DNA of 64,000 nucleotides from a virus, in IMG/VR virus record IMGVR_UViG_3300028585_000003, positions 3,302 to 67,301 of that record; one strand, given 5' to 3'. Position numbers and translations under genes: made by a program. Positions 18,411 to 27,340 of the stretch are shown here, piece after piece. The notes under the pieces were generated by a model. The model was not told where the DNA came from. It was given only the letters and a program-made list of their open reading frames with translations, and searched no databases. The first letter of the stretch is position 1. Each line of letters starts with the position of its first letter.

Positions 18411-18679
18411 TTGCACCGGCAGGGCCGTGTGAGTGGTGCCTGACGTTCGCAGGTAGAACGAAGAAAGGCAGGGCGTGTTGCGAGCTGCGCGCGCTGGCGG
18501 CAATGCCAAAAGCACAGCGGGAAATCGTGTACGCGAAAGTAAAGCGAGAGGACGGGCAGACAGCGATGGAACAGCTCAAGCAGGACGTGGTGGCCGAGTA
18601 CAAGCGCCGGGTGGCATTCGATGCAGCCAAGCGCGGGAGTTTCGTTGCAGCAGCAAAAGCGGCCTTAGTGCGCCCTTAA
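18392..18679 (+). CDS. Hypothetical protein (CEWC...CC)
   Basis: ORF in operon. Confidence 0.5.
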   Translation: MADSSVIAPAGPCEWCLTFAGRTKKGRACCELRALAAMPKAQREIVYAKVKREDGQTAMEQLKQDVVAEYKRRVAFDAAKRGSFVAAAKAALVRP

Positions 18680-18696
18680 ATATAGGCATTTCTATA

Positions 18697-18936
18697 ATGG
18701 CAACCGATGAAGAAAACACGACGATCCGGCTGCTGCGCGCCCGCGCGGCGGCGCTGGAATCGTCCCTGCGCGCATATGATGCGTTCCTCAATACCGGGCT
18801 TGCTGACGCTCTACGCAAGAGGAATGCAGAGCTGGAGCGGGTACTTTGGGGCGTGGCGCATGGTGGGCACTTGCCCCAGGCTGAGCGGAAGCAGCTAGAA
18901 ATTATTTTGGGAAATAAAGTTACTCCAAAATATTGA
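18697..18936 (+). CDS. Small coiled-coil hypothetical protein
   Basis: MATDEENTT...; preceded by operator-like ATAGGCATTTCTAT (18682). Confidence 0.45.
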   Translation: MATDEENTTIRLLRARAAALESSLRAYDAFLNTGLADALRKRNAELERVLWGVAHGGHLPQAERKQLEIILGNKVTPKY

Positions 18937-18959
18937 CTTTCAAATATATTGCTGTCAGT

Positions 18960-18998
18960 AATAGGGATGCCGATGTGAAATACATTGGCATCCCTATT
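18960..18998. promoter_or_regulatory. 39-bp near-perfect palindrome (double operator) upstream of HTH gene
   Basis: AATAGGGATGCCGATGT-GAAAT-ACATTGGCATCCCTATT. Confidence 0.6.
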
Positions 18999-19019
18999 TT
19001 TCATTTGAGAGAGTCCGCA

Positions 19020-19325
19020 ATGAGTGCGAAAGCGTCCAAAAGCCAGCAAGTCGTCGTCATCACCGCCCTGACCGAGAACCACCTGGACAACCCGGCCTAT
19101 ACGCCGGAAAAGCTGCTGGACACCCTGCACGCACGCTTCTCGCTCAAGAACGACGCCGCCCTGGCCCGGATGCTGGAGCTGCCGCCCGCTGTCATCAGCA
19201 AGCTGCGCCGCCACCAAGCGAGCATCACGTCGGCGCTGCTGATCCGCATGCACGACATCACCGGCTGGTCGATCAGCGACCTGCGCGCGCACATGGGCCT
19301 GAAATCCCAGTTCCAGACCGTCTAA
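19020..19325 (+). CDS. HTH protein resembling an Oxalobacteraceae chromosomal family
   Basis: LLDTL-LKNDAALARMLELPPAVISKLR-LLIRMHD-SISDLRAHMG. Confidence 0.65.
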   Translation: MSAKASKSQQVVVITALTENHLDNPAYTPEKLLDTLHARFSLKNDAALARMLELPPAVISKLRRHQASITSALLIRMHDITGWSISDLRAHMGLKSQFQTV

Positions 19326-19337
19326 CCGCCGCGCCCG

Positions 19338-19784
19338 ATGAAACGCCGCAGCTCGAAGAACTGGACCGAGGCCGATCTGGCGCTGGCGCAGGCCCGCGCC
19401 GCGCGCGCCACGGCCACTGCCGCCGATCCCGCGCCCGCCAAGCAGGCCAAGTACCGCAGCCGCAAGGTGACGGTGGACGGCGTGACCTGGGACAGCGCCG
19501 GGGAGCAGGGCCGCTACGTCGAACTGTGCCGGATGCAGGCGGCCGGGCTCATTGCCGACCTCAAGCACGGCGTCTACTTCGTCCTGGCACCCGCGTGCGA
19601 CGTGGGCGGCAAGCGGAAGAAGCCAGCCCTGCGCTACAAGGCCGACTTCACCTACATCGAGAACGGCGTGCAGGTGGTCGAGGACTTCAAGAGCGCCCAC
19701 ACGCGCACGCTCGCACCGTACCGCATGAAGAAGCACCTGATGATGACCGTCCACGGCATCCTGATCCGGGAGTCCAGCAAGTGA
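19338..19784 (+). CDS. DUF1064-like PD-(D/E)XK endonuclease
   Basis: KYRSRK-WDSAGEQGRY-YKADFTY-VVEDFKS. Confidence 0.75.
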   Translation: MKRRSSKNWTEADLALAQARAARATATAADPAPAKQAKYRSRKVTVDGVTWDSAGEQGRYVELCRMQAAGLIADLKHGVYFVLAPACDVGGKRKKPALRYKADFTYIENGVQVVEDFKSAHTRTLAPYRMKKHLMMTVHGILIRESSK

Positions 19785-19804
19785 CTAGCCATCAAGGGCT
19801 GCGC

Positions 19805-20155
19805 ATGGATATCAACCCGGCACGCGACCGCCTGGACGGCATCGTGGAGCTGGTCGCCCGCCTGGGCACGGCCACGGCCGCGCAGATCGAGGAAGGGATG
19901 GAACTCAAGCGCCGCTTGACCGGCATCTACATCGCCTACCTGTGCTCGATTGGCCGCCTGGCCCTGCACCAGAAGCACAACAGCGCCGCCAACGTGCGCG
20001 CGACCTACAAGCTGGGCGTTCTCGCTGACGTGCCGGTGCCCCGCGCCGATGAATTCGACGTGCGGCGCAGGGTGGGCGCGAACGACTGGCCGCGCGGCGA
20101 GCACGCGCACCGCTCGGGCCTGCTGGCCGTCTTCTACCCATTCGCGCGGGGGTAA
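19805..20155 (+). CDS. wHTH hypothetical protein
   Basis: ATAAQIEEGMELKRRLTGIYIAYL. Confidence 0.5.
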   Translation: MDINPARDRLDGIVELVARLGTATAAQIEEGMELKRRLTGIYIAYLCSIGRLALHQKHNSAANVRATYKLGVLADVPVPRADEFDVRRRVGANDWPRGEHAHRSGLLAVFYPFARG

Positions 20156-20157
20156 GC

Positions 20158-20619
20158 ATGGAAATCAACCTCATCAAGCTCGCCCAGGGCGCACTGGCCC
20201 CGGCCGACGAACACGAAGCCGAGAAGCTGCGCCGGTTGAAGCTGGGCGCGCTGGTCAAGTGCCAGATCACCGAAACCCGCAACCCGCAGTTCCACCGCAA
20301 GTTCATGGCCCTGGTGCGGCTGGGCTTCGATTCGTTCCACCCGCCCGAGGCGACCTACAAGGGCTTGCCGGTCGAGGTGGACTTCGAGCAGTTCCGCGAG
20401 GACTTGACCATCGCAGCCGGGTTCCGCGTCGTCACCTACCGCATCAACGGCGATTTCCGTGTGCGCGCCAAGTCGATCAGCTTTGCACGCATGACGCAAG
20501 ACGAGTTCGAGCGCGTCTACAGCGCCGTGGCGAACGTGCTGTTGCGCGGGGTTTTAGCCCGTTACCAAAATCGGGCGGTTTTGGACAATGTAGTTAATCA
20601 AATCCTGGGATTCGTATGA
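20158..20619 (+). CDS. DUF1367-like phage protein
   Basis: RNPQFHRKFMAL...KSISFARMTQDEFERVY. Confidence 0.7.
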   Translation: MEINLIKLAQGALAPADEHEAEKLRRLKLGALVKCQITETRNPQFHRKFMALVRLGFDSFHPPEATYKGLPVEVDFEQFREDLTIAAGFRVVTYRINGDFRVRAKSISFARMTQDEFERVYSAVANVLLRGVLARYQNRAVLDNVVNQILGFV

Positions 20620-21317
20620 CCGAAGCAATCATCATCGAGCAAGAGGGCATGGACAAGCCCATGAGCAAGCGATTCGTCCGCAACAAGGACGTGCCGCTCG
20701 AAACTGACCGCGTGCGCGAGCGCATCGTGTCCGCGCGCGTGATGAATGGCCTGACCGCCGTGGAGGCCGCCACCCGCCTGGGCTACAAGAACAGCACGCA
20801 GCTGAGCCAGATCGAGAGCGGCGAGCGCAAGGTGCCGAGCGACTGGCAGTTTCTGTTGGCGATGAGCAAGGCATACAGCGTGTCGGTGGACTACCTGCTG
20901 GGCCTGTCCCCGCATCCAGAGCGCGACGCGGTGGCCGCCGAAAGTTTCGCGATGCTGCGCGGTTTCGAGGGGATGCTCCAGGCCCAGGCGCTTGCGATGA
21001 CGACTGCCTTTGTCCAGTACGGGAAGGAGCGGGAGGCGGCGCGGGTGGACTTGCAGGCCATCGCTGGTGCTGCCCAGGCCGTTTCGCACGCGCTTGCACG
21101 CTTCCGCGAGCTGACGCCCGAGTTTGATGAGGACTGGCGCGGGGCAAACACGCTGCTGACCGCTGTAGAGCGCCTGGAGGCTACCGCCATCCCGATCCAG
21201 GAGGCCATCAACCGCCGCGCGCTGAACGAACAGCACTGCCTCGCCATCGCCAAGGGGAGGGAAGGCCCGTTGTCTTCCTACGTCCCGGACGCCCAACTGT
21301 CGCTGGGGCTCGAATGA
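20616..21317 (+). CDS. XRE-family HTH regulator
   Basis: LTAVEAATRLGYKNSTQLSQIESGERK...YSVSVDYLLG. Confidence 0.75.
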   Translation: MTEAIIIEQEGMDKPMSKRFVRNKDVPLETDRVRERIVSARVMNGLTAVEAATRLGYKNSTQLSQIESGERKVPSDWQFLLAMSKAYSVSVDYLLGLSPHPERDAVAAESFAMLRGFEGMLQAQALAMTTAFVQYGKEREAARVDLQAIAGAAQAVSHALARFRELTPEFDEDWRGANTLLTAVERLEATAIPIQEAINRRALNEQHCLAIAKGREGPLSSYVPDAQLSLGLE

Positions 21318-21499
21318 TGCCGACTCTGTATGCCCTGGTGTGTATCGCCTGCGCGGCCGTTGCCGCCTTCAGCGCGATGATGCTGTGCTGGATGGGGCTG
21401 CTTGGAGAGCCGGGCAGCTGGCGGCGCACGCTCAAGCTGCTCGCCATGGTGGCGGCCTCGCTCGCGTTCGGCTTCATGGTGTACGGAGGGGAGCTGTAA
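21314..21499 (+). CDS. Small two-TM membrane protein
   Basis: Two hydrophobic stretches in 61 aa. Confidence 0.55.
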   Translation: MMPTLYALVCIACAAVAAFSAMMLCWMGLLGEPGSWRRTLKLLAMVAASLAFGFMVYGGEL

Positions 21500-22380
21500 T
21501 GGCGCGCCTGACCCCTGACCAGTGGACCGCCGCCCGTAAGCGCTGGGAAAGCACCGACGCATCCGTAACCTTCCAGACCGTCGCCGACGAGTTTGGGTGC
21601 AGCCGCGTCGCAGTGAGCAAGAAAGCCGAAAAGGATGGCTGGGTGAAGGGTGGGGGAGCGTTCCCGGCCGACCCGAAACCAGCACCGGCCCCGAAAGTTT
21701 CGACCCCTGCGAAAGTTACGCCGAAAGTTTCGGAGAAAGCACCGTCGCAACCAGAGTCAGAAGCCCCTGCAGGAGTCCCGGCACTGTCGCAGCGTGACCG
21801 GGAGCTGATGTTTGGCCGCCGTCCCGTTGGCCGCCCCAGTGAGTACCGCCCTGAGTTCGTGGCCGAGCTGATTGCCTACTTCGACATAGAGGTAACGAAG
21901 GTCGTTGACGTGGACGTGGTGGACAAGGACGGCACGACCCGAACCGAACAGAAGATCGTCCACAACACGTTCCCGACCCTGACGCGCTTCGCTTCCAAGA
22001 TCGGCGTTACCCGGCAGACCCTGCACGATTGGGCAACCGCGACGGACAAGGATGGAGCCCTGTTGCGCCCGGAATTTTCTTACGCATACGCACGCGCGCG
22101 GGACTCCCAGGAAAGTCTGCTGATCGAGGGCGGCATGGCTGGTGTATATGAGGCCCGCTTTGCCACCCTGGCAGTCAAAAATCTGGCCGGATGGCAGGAC
22201 AAGGTGGAAACCGTCGGCGAAGTCACGCACACGATGGCGAAGGTCGAGGAACTGGACGACTTCTACGCGGCCGCTGCTGCGCAGATGGAGGCCGGTCGCC
22301 TTGCCGTCATCGAGCGCAAGCGCCGCGCGGCCGGTGCGCAGACCGTCGAGGTGCGAGAGGCAGGCAATGGCGGCAAGTAA
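21499..22380 (+). CDS. Terminase small subunit (PacA-like position)
   Basis: N-terminal HTH, GRPSEY, PTLTRFA-IGVTRQTLHDW; directly upstream of large subunit. Confidence 0.8.
   Translation: MARLTPDQWTAARKRWESTDASVTFQTVADEFGCSRVAVSKKAEKDGWVKGGGAFPADPKPAPAPKVSTPAKVTPKVSEKAPSQPESEAPAGVPALSQRDRELMFGRRPVGRPSEYRPEFVAELIAYFDIEVTKVVDVDVVDKDGTTRTEQKIVHNTFPTLTRFASKIGVTRQTLHDWATATDKDGALLRPEFSYAYARARDSQESLLIEGGMAGVYEARFATLAVKNLAGWQDKVETVGEVTHTMAKVEELDDFYAAAAAQMEAGRLAVIERKRRAAGAQTVEVREAGNGGK
21692..21732. repeat. Three CGAAAGTTWCG quasi-palindromes inside small terminase gene; pac candidate
   Basis: 11-mers at 21692, 21710, 21722. Confidence 0.4.
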
Positions 22381-23923
22381 GCGCTTTCTGGTGGACGACC
22401 CGCGCTGGCATGAGTTCGTCAAGCGCTATGCGTTCGACCTCCCCAGGTTCGCAATCGAGGTGTGCCGCATCGTCCCGACGCACCAGCAATGGGAAATGTT
22501 CGAGTCGGTGCAAGACCCCGGCTCGCGCACTTCCGTGTCATCCGGCCACGGCACCGGCAAGACGGCGGGCTACGGCATCATCGCCCTGTGGCACCTCCTT
22601 TGCTACAAGAACAGCAACACGATCCTGTCCGCGCCGAAGCTGACCACCGTTTCGGACGGTGTGTGGAAGGAATTCGCCGACCTGAAGGGCAAGATCAAGA
22701 ACGGCCCGCACGGCTGGATTGACGACTACTACGAGGTGGCCGCCCAGCGCGTGTACGTGAAGGGCTTCAAGCTGAATTGGTGGGTGGTCGCCAAGACCGC
22801 GCCGCGCGGCTCGCCTGAGAATCTGGCTGGTGCCCACCGCGACTGGCTCCTGTTCCTGGTCGATGAGGCGTCGGGCGTCCCTGATGACAACTTCGGCGTC
22901 ATTACGGGCGCGCTGACCGACAAGCGCAACCGCATGTGCATTGCGTCGCAGCCTACCCGCTCGTCGGGCTTCTTCTACGACACGCACCATACCCTGTGCA
23001 TCGCCGAGGGCGGCGCATGGAACAACCTGGTATTCAGCTCGGCCGACTCGCCCATCGTGTCCGAGGAATTCATCGCCGAGAAGAAGAAGCAGTACACGAA
23101 AGAGGAATTCGCAATCAAGGTGCTCGGCCAGTTCGCCGAAATGTCCAGCAAGTACCTGCTGTCCGCTCGCGAGGTGCAGGCGTGCGTGGGGCTGGTCGCG
23201 GTGCGCCCGGACGAGGATTACGGCTGGCTCCTGCCGGTGGACGTGGGCGGCGGCGGCTACCGCGACAAATCCGTGGTGCTGGCGCTGCGCGTCATCGGCG
23301 AAGGCGAGTATGGCGACAATGCGCGCCGCGCCCAGCTCGTCAAGGTGCCGGTGTGCTCGAACGATCAGGACGTGTCGGACCTTCCCGGCGTCATCATTAA
23401 GGAATCGGGCGAGCGCAACGGTTCGATGGCCCTGGTGGACGCGGGCGGTATCGGCCTGGGCGTCATCAAGCAGCTCGAAAAGGCCGACTTTCAGAACTTC
23501 CGCAAGGTGCAATGGGGCATCCCCAACTTTCGCAAAGAATACAAGGACCGCTACACGAACCAGCGCGCCCAGGCCATGTGCGGCATTGCCCGCGCGGTGC
23601 AGGAGGGCCGGTTCGGCATCGACCCGGACATTGATCCGGCATTCGTCAAGCAGCTGGTGCGCGAGGCTTCCCGCATCCCCTATCACTACGACGAGAAAGC
23701 CCGCCGCTACATCGCCAAGAAAGAGGATATGAAGAAAGACGGCATCCCGTCGCCGGATATTTGGGATAGCTGTTCGTTCACGTTCCTTGAGGACGCCTAC
23801 TACAACCAAGCAGGCGAGGCAGCAAACGACGACGGCGGCGACGCCAAAGCACACGCCCGCGCACGCCTCATGGCGACGATGGGCCTCAACCCCGACGGTA
23901 CACCTATGGACAAAGCAGCATGA
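22367..23923 (+). CDS. pacB: Terminase large subunit, P1 PacB-like
   Basis: DPRW start, SGHGTGKT Walker A, LAGAH, LVDEASGV Walker B, QPTRSSGFFYD, SPDIWD nuclease end. Confidence 0.85.
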   Translation: MAASKRFLVDDPRWHEFVKRYAFDLPRFAIEVCRIVPTHQQWEMFESVQDPGSRTSVSSGHGTGKTAGYGIIALWHLLCYKNSNTILSAPKLTTVSDGVWKEFADLKGKIKNGPHGWIDDYYEVAAQRVYVKGFKLNWWVVAKTAPRGSPENLAGAHRDWLLFLVDEASGVPDDNFGVITGALTDKRNRMCIASQPTRSSGFFYDTHHTLCIAEGGAWNNLVFSSADSPIVSEEFIAEKKKQYTKEEFAIKVLGQFAEMSSKYLLSAREVQACVGLVAVRPDEDYGWLLPVDVGGGGYRDKSVVLALRVIGEGEYGDNARRAQLVKVPVCSNDQDVSDLPGVIIKESGERNGSMALVDAGGIGLGVIKQLEKADFQNFRKVQWGIPNFRKEYKDRYTNQRAQAMCGIARAVQEGRFGIDPDIDPAFVKQLVREASRIPYHYDEKARRYIAKKEDMKKDGIPSPDIWDSCSFTFLEDAYYNQAGEAANDDGGDAKAHARARLMATMGLNPDGTPMDKAA

Positions 23924-24270
23924 CCGACAACACCATCCCGGCCGACCTGATCCCGTTCGCGCCTTACTTCCGATCCGACTTCCTGCCCTGGCTGGCGTCG
24001 AACGACACGATTTACCGGCAATTCGAGAAGCAGACCCTTGAGCTGATCGAGGCGGGCTGGGAGCACTTCTCGGCCCGCACCATCGTGGAGGAAATTCGCC
24101 ACTACACGCGGCTGCGCGAGGGCGGGCAGTGCTCGTTCAAGGTCAACGGAAACATGGCCCCGGACCTTGCGCGCGTGTTCGTGATCCGGCACCCGGCGCA
24201 CGCGCACCTGTGGGAGTACCGGCGCGCGGATTCTGGCGCGTTCCTGGCGGCCGTCAAGAAGGTGGCATAG
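23920..24270 (+). CDS. Hypothetical phage protein
   Basis: SARTIVEEIR...FKVNGN; overlap coupling. Confidence 0.6.
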   Translation: MTDNTIPADLIPFAPYFRSDFLPWLASNDTIYRQFEKQTLELIEAGWEHFSARTIVEEIRHYTRLREGGQCSFKVNGNMAPDLARVFVIRHPAHAHLWEYRRADSGAFLAAVKKVA

Positions 24271-24271
24271 C

Positions 24272-24553
24272 ATGGCGCAGACACCAGAGCAGCGGCGCGA
24301 ATACCGGCGCGCCTACTACATTGCGAACCGCGAGCGCTTGCGAGCCCAGGCAAAGGCGCGCCGGGAAGCAAATCTGTTGGCGGTGCGTGAGAGCACGCGC
24401 AAGTCGGTTGCCATCCACTACGTCGGCCACCGCGAAGCCATTCTGGCGACGAAGAAGGAGCGATACGCCAACGACCCGGCCATGCGAGAGCGTATGAAGG
24501 CAAACGCCCGCCGTCGCCACGCGAAGTTAAAGGCCCAGCGGGAGGCGGCATGA
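24272..24553 (+). CDS. Basic helical hypothetical protein
   Basis: Arg-rich ORF in operon. Confidence 0.5.
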   Translation: MAQTPEQRREYRRAYYIANRERLRAQAKARREANLLAVRESTRKSVAIHYVGHREAILATKKERYANDPAMRERMKANARRRHAKLKAQREAA

Positions 24554-24834
24554 GGGACGTTCTCATCATCGGCGCAGGCTCGGACCTGTGCCCGGAAATC
24601 CTGGCGCTCCTGGCCGAGTATCGTGGCGGCGTCACGGTGCTGGCCGCCGAGCGCACGGAACCGGCCCCGCTCGATGCGTCGCTGTTCATCCGGCAACTGG
24701 TCGAGGCGACGACGGCCCCGCCGATCCCGTACCCGGCATTCCCCGTCTACCTGGGCAAGCGCTGGCCGCGTCGCGTCGCTTACCGCTGCGGCCAGCGCCA
24801 GCGTGAGCGCCGCAGCAAGGCGGGCAAGCCATGA
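24550..24834 (+). CDS. Hypothetical protein
   Basis: ATGA overlap coupling. Confidence 0.5.
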   Translation: MRDVLIIGAGSDLCPEILALLAEYRGGVTVLAAERTEPAPLDASLFIRQLVEATTAPPIPYPAFPVYLGKRWPRRVAYRCGQRQRERRSKAGKP

Positions 24835-24905
24835 CGCCGCGATGGGTCAACATGCTGGCGCTGTTCCTGGCGCTGGCGATGAATCCGCACTTTCCGCTGA
24901 TGTGA
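24831..24905 (+). CDS. 24-aa hydrophobic peptide MTPRWVNMLALFLALAMNPHFPLM
   Basis: ATGA overlap with upstream stop; below ORF-track size cutoff. Confidence 0.3.
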   Translation: MTPRWVNMLALFLALAMNPHFPLM

Positions 24906-25024
24906 CCGGAATCGAACGCATCCGTACACCCCGCCGAAGCCCCGACCGAAACCAAGCCTAACAGCTTTCGGACAGGGCAATGTTTCCGTACAATGATTGC
25001 GGACAGAAAAACAGGAGAAAGACC

Positions 25025-25291
25025 ATGCAGGACGTGAAAGAGGGCAGCGCCGCCGCCCAGGTGATCGAGGGCGCGCGCCGCAAGCCGGTGCTGATGATGA
25101 ACCAGTGGGACATTGCCTACTTCGAGCGGGCCGGGGTCGATCTGTCCGGCTACGACGTGCGCCAGCCGCAGCGCATACCAGTGCCGCCGCCAGCGCCGCG
25201 CGTGCTAACCGGCCAGCCGCAAGGCCCGGCACGCCAGCGCACCGGCCGCGAGCTGCGCCGTGCTGCGGCAAGGGGTCGCCGGGCGGTATGA
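25025..25291 (+). CDS. Hypothetical protein
   Basis: AGGAGA RBS before ATG 25025. Confidence 0.55.
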   Translation: MQDVKEGSAAAQVIEGARRKPVLMMNQWDIAYFERAGVDLSGYDVRQPQRIPVPPPAPRVLTGQPQGPARQRTGRELRRAAARGRRAV

Positions 25292-25336
25292 TTCGCCTGG
25301 GAGTAGCCCATGAGGTCGCCGGGTGCGGCCGGTACG

Positions 25337-25369
25337 AAGCCTGATTATCGCGAGATAGTCGGGCTTTTT
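25337..25369 (+). terminator. Intrinsic terminator ending rightward operon
   Basis: AAGCCTGATTATC-GCGA-GATAGTCGGGCTT plus T tract. Confidence 0.7.
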
Positions 25370-25438
25370 GCTTTTGAGGCGATTAGAAGCGTTTTGAGGC
25401 GTTCGGCCCGCTGGGTGAGGAAAGTATCGGGAGAGCGT

Positions 25439-25462
25439 AAAAAAGCCCGCTGGGCGCGGGCT
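25439..25462 (-). terminator. Intrinsic terminator ending leftward accessory operon
   Basis: AGCCCGC stem plus T6 on minus strand. Confidence 0.7.
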
Positions 25463-25481
25463 GGTGAGGTTGGCGGGCCGG

Positions 25482-25883
25482 TTATCGCTTGCCCAGGTCG
25501 TTGCGTGGGTAGATCAAAACCTTCGTGTCAATGTCGGCGCACTCATCGTCAAGGCAATGGCGGCTGACCATTCGCATTCCCTTGGTAAGCCAGATCAGCG
25601 CGGCATCCCGAGCGCGCGGCGCAGTACGTGTTCCGTGCCTGCGAAAATACGCCTTGTCCACCCGCGTGTGCTTGTAGCTGTAGAGGCGGCCTACTTCGGC
25701 AAGATCAATCAACAGGTCGAGGTCGTTAGGCGCTTGACTGCCCTTCACAGTCGAGCCGAATACCCAAATGCGTTTGATGCGGACGGCTTCGCGGCCGCAA
25801 AGGGGTGTAGCCAGCAGCCCATTCACGGCGTTGACCCGGCGCGCAACCTCATGGGCGTAGCGCAGGGCGGTTGTCAGTTGCAT
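25482..25883 (-). CDS. Minimal nucleotidyltransferase (Pol-beta superfamily)
   Basis: IWVFGSTVKG...PNDLDLLI (GS-x-DxD) signature. Confidence 0.75.
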   Translation of the reverse strand: MQLTTALRYAHEVARRVNAVNGLLATPLCGREAVRIKRIWVFGSTVKGSQAPNDLDLLIDLAEVGRLYSYKHTRVDKAYFRRHGTRTAPRARDAALIWLTKGMRMVSRHCLDDECADIDTKVLIYPRNDLGKR

Positions 25884-25890
25884 CCGGCCC

Positions 25891-26481
25891 TCATGCCCTG
25901 CCTGCATCGTAGGCAAGGTGCATCACGTTCGATAGATCGACCTCGCGGCAGTCATAGTGCCCGATCAGCGGGTGATGCAGGTTGTACGGGGCGTCCTTGT
26001 CGTTCGCATCGGTGAAGCCCAGCGGCGCGAGCGTCGCCAGCTTGCCGCGTTTCGCTTCCAGGGCGTCGCGCGCTTCGAGGCGAGCGGCTAGGGCTCGCTC
26101 GGCCTCGTCGGTGCGCGTCGTCGCCTGGGGGTCGCGCTTGCTCCATTCGGCGGCCAGCTCAAAGCGGTTCATGCCCAGCAGCGGCCGCACGCGCTCGATC
26201 ATGGCGCGCACGACGCCCCACGTCACCAGCTCGGCCCGGCCGTGGATGCCGAGGCACAGTTTCACGACCAGCCCCAGCAAAAACGCCTCGGGCACGTCTT
26301 TGTCGTGCAGCCGTGCCATCGGGGCGATTATGTCGCGTGCCGGGTTGCTCTCCATGTTTTCGAGAACGGCGGCGACGTGCGCGCCGGGCGGGTGCGGCAC
26401 ATTGCGCATGAAGGCTTCGCGTTCTTCGGCGGTGATGGCGGCCTGAATTGCGAGCAGGGTATGGGTTCGGAGGTCGGTCAT
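25891..26481 (-). CDS. Hypothetical protein
   Basis: 196-aa ORF, operon context. Confidence 0.55.
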   Translation of the reverse strand: MTDLRTHTLLAIQAAITAEEREAFMRNVPHPPGAHVAAVLENMESNPARDIIAPMARLHDKDVPEAFLLGLVVKLCLGIHGRAELVTWGVVRAMIERVRPLLGMNRFELAAEWSKRDPQATTRTDEAERALAARLEARDALEAKRGKLATLAPLGFTDANDKDAPYNLHHPLIGHYDCREVDLSNVMHLAYDAGRA

Positions 26482-26503
26482 GTTGGTTTTTCTTTGGTGG
26501 CGG

Positions 26504-26770
26504 TCAGCCCGCGCAACTGTCGATGTTGAAATTGGTTCGGACGACGCGCAGGACAGACCCGGCGCGCTGGTGCAGCTCCCCGGCGTCCAGTTGCAGGCGC
26601 GGGTTCTTCGCTTCCCAGGCGTCGGCTACCGGCTTGTCGTAGAACGTCAGATCGTTGTCGCCGACGGTGTAGGCGTTCATGCGCGGCGACGGGCAGCGGC
26701 TAATCACGGCTTCCAGCTCGTCCAGCCATGCGGATTCGGCCTTGGTCAGTTTCTTAGCCATGGTGGGCAC
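26504..26770 (-). CDS. Hypothetical protein
   Basis: 88-aa ORF, operon context. Confidence 0.55.
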   Translation of the reverse strand: MPTMAKKLTKAESAWLDELEAVISRCPSPRMNAYTVGDNDLTFYDKPVADAWEAKNPRLQLDAGELHQRAGSVLRVVRTNFNIDSCAG

Positions 26771-27032
26771 CTCGCGCCAGCGCCAGGGTGAAGATGCGCT
26801 TGTTGCGGTTGATGGTGCCGGGGCGGTCGGTGATGAGGCCGGAATCGCGCAGCTTGTTGATGTGGTCGCGCACGGCGTCTTCGCTCAACTGGGTAGTCTT
26901 GAGCAGCGCCGGGACCGTCGGCCAGCACTCGCCGCGCTCGTCGGCGAGGTCGGCCAGGACGATCAGCACCAGCTTGGATGCCGCGCTTGGCGCTTCGGTG
27001 CGCAGCGCCCATTGGAGTGCGTGCAGGCTCAC
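26754..27032 (-). CDS. HTH protein (replication-protein-like wHTH, stand-alone)
   Basis: KLVLIVLADLADERGECWPTVPALLKTTQLSEDAVRDHINKL; GTG start overlapping upstream stop. Confidence 0.65.
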   Translation of the reverse strand: MSLHALQWALRTEAPSAASKLVLIVLADLADERGECWPTVPALLKTTQLSEDAVRDHINKLRDSGLITDRPGTINRNKRIFTLALARGAHHG

Positions 27033-27295
27033 GCTGGATCGCTTTCCGGCACCAACGCCTCGACCTTCCCGGCCGTAGTGATCTTCATGTACATGCCGCC
27101 GCACTCGGGGCACTGCGCCATCGTCGTCCAGCGCCCGCCGCTGGTGTTGTCGCGGCTTTCCAGGGTAGCGCCGCAGCACGGCACTACGTAGGGCAGCAGC
27201 GTGACGCCTTTCGCGCGCAGGCGCTCGTTGTATTCGTCGCTCTGGCGTTTCAGGTCGGCCAGTTGCGCCGGGTCGATCTTGGATGTGGTCATCAT
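27029..27295 (-). CDS. Small Zn-ribbon protein
   Basis: PCCGA...CPECGG. Confidence 0.6.
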   Translation of the reverse strand: MMTTSKIDPAQLADLKRQSDEYNERLRAKGVTLLPYVVPCCGATLESRDNTSGGRWTTMAQCPECGGMYMKITTAGKVEALVPESDPA

Positions 27296-27340
27296 CGTCC
27301 TTGTGTTCGCGCCGCGCCCGATGCGCAGCTAGTGATTCGG

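Noticed and set aside
24900-24975. GGAATCGAAC resembling a reverse-strand tRNA/tmRNA T-loop
   Set aside because: Flanks do not form a T-stem or acceptor stem; no cloverleaf
25891-26481. Possible HEPN toxin partner of the nucleotidyltransferase
   Set aside because: Only RNVPH (Rx3H), not a proper Rx4-6H motif, and no other support
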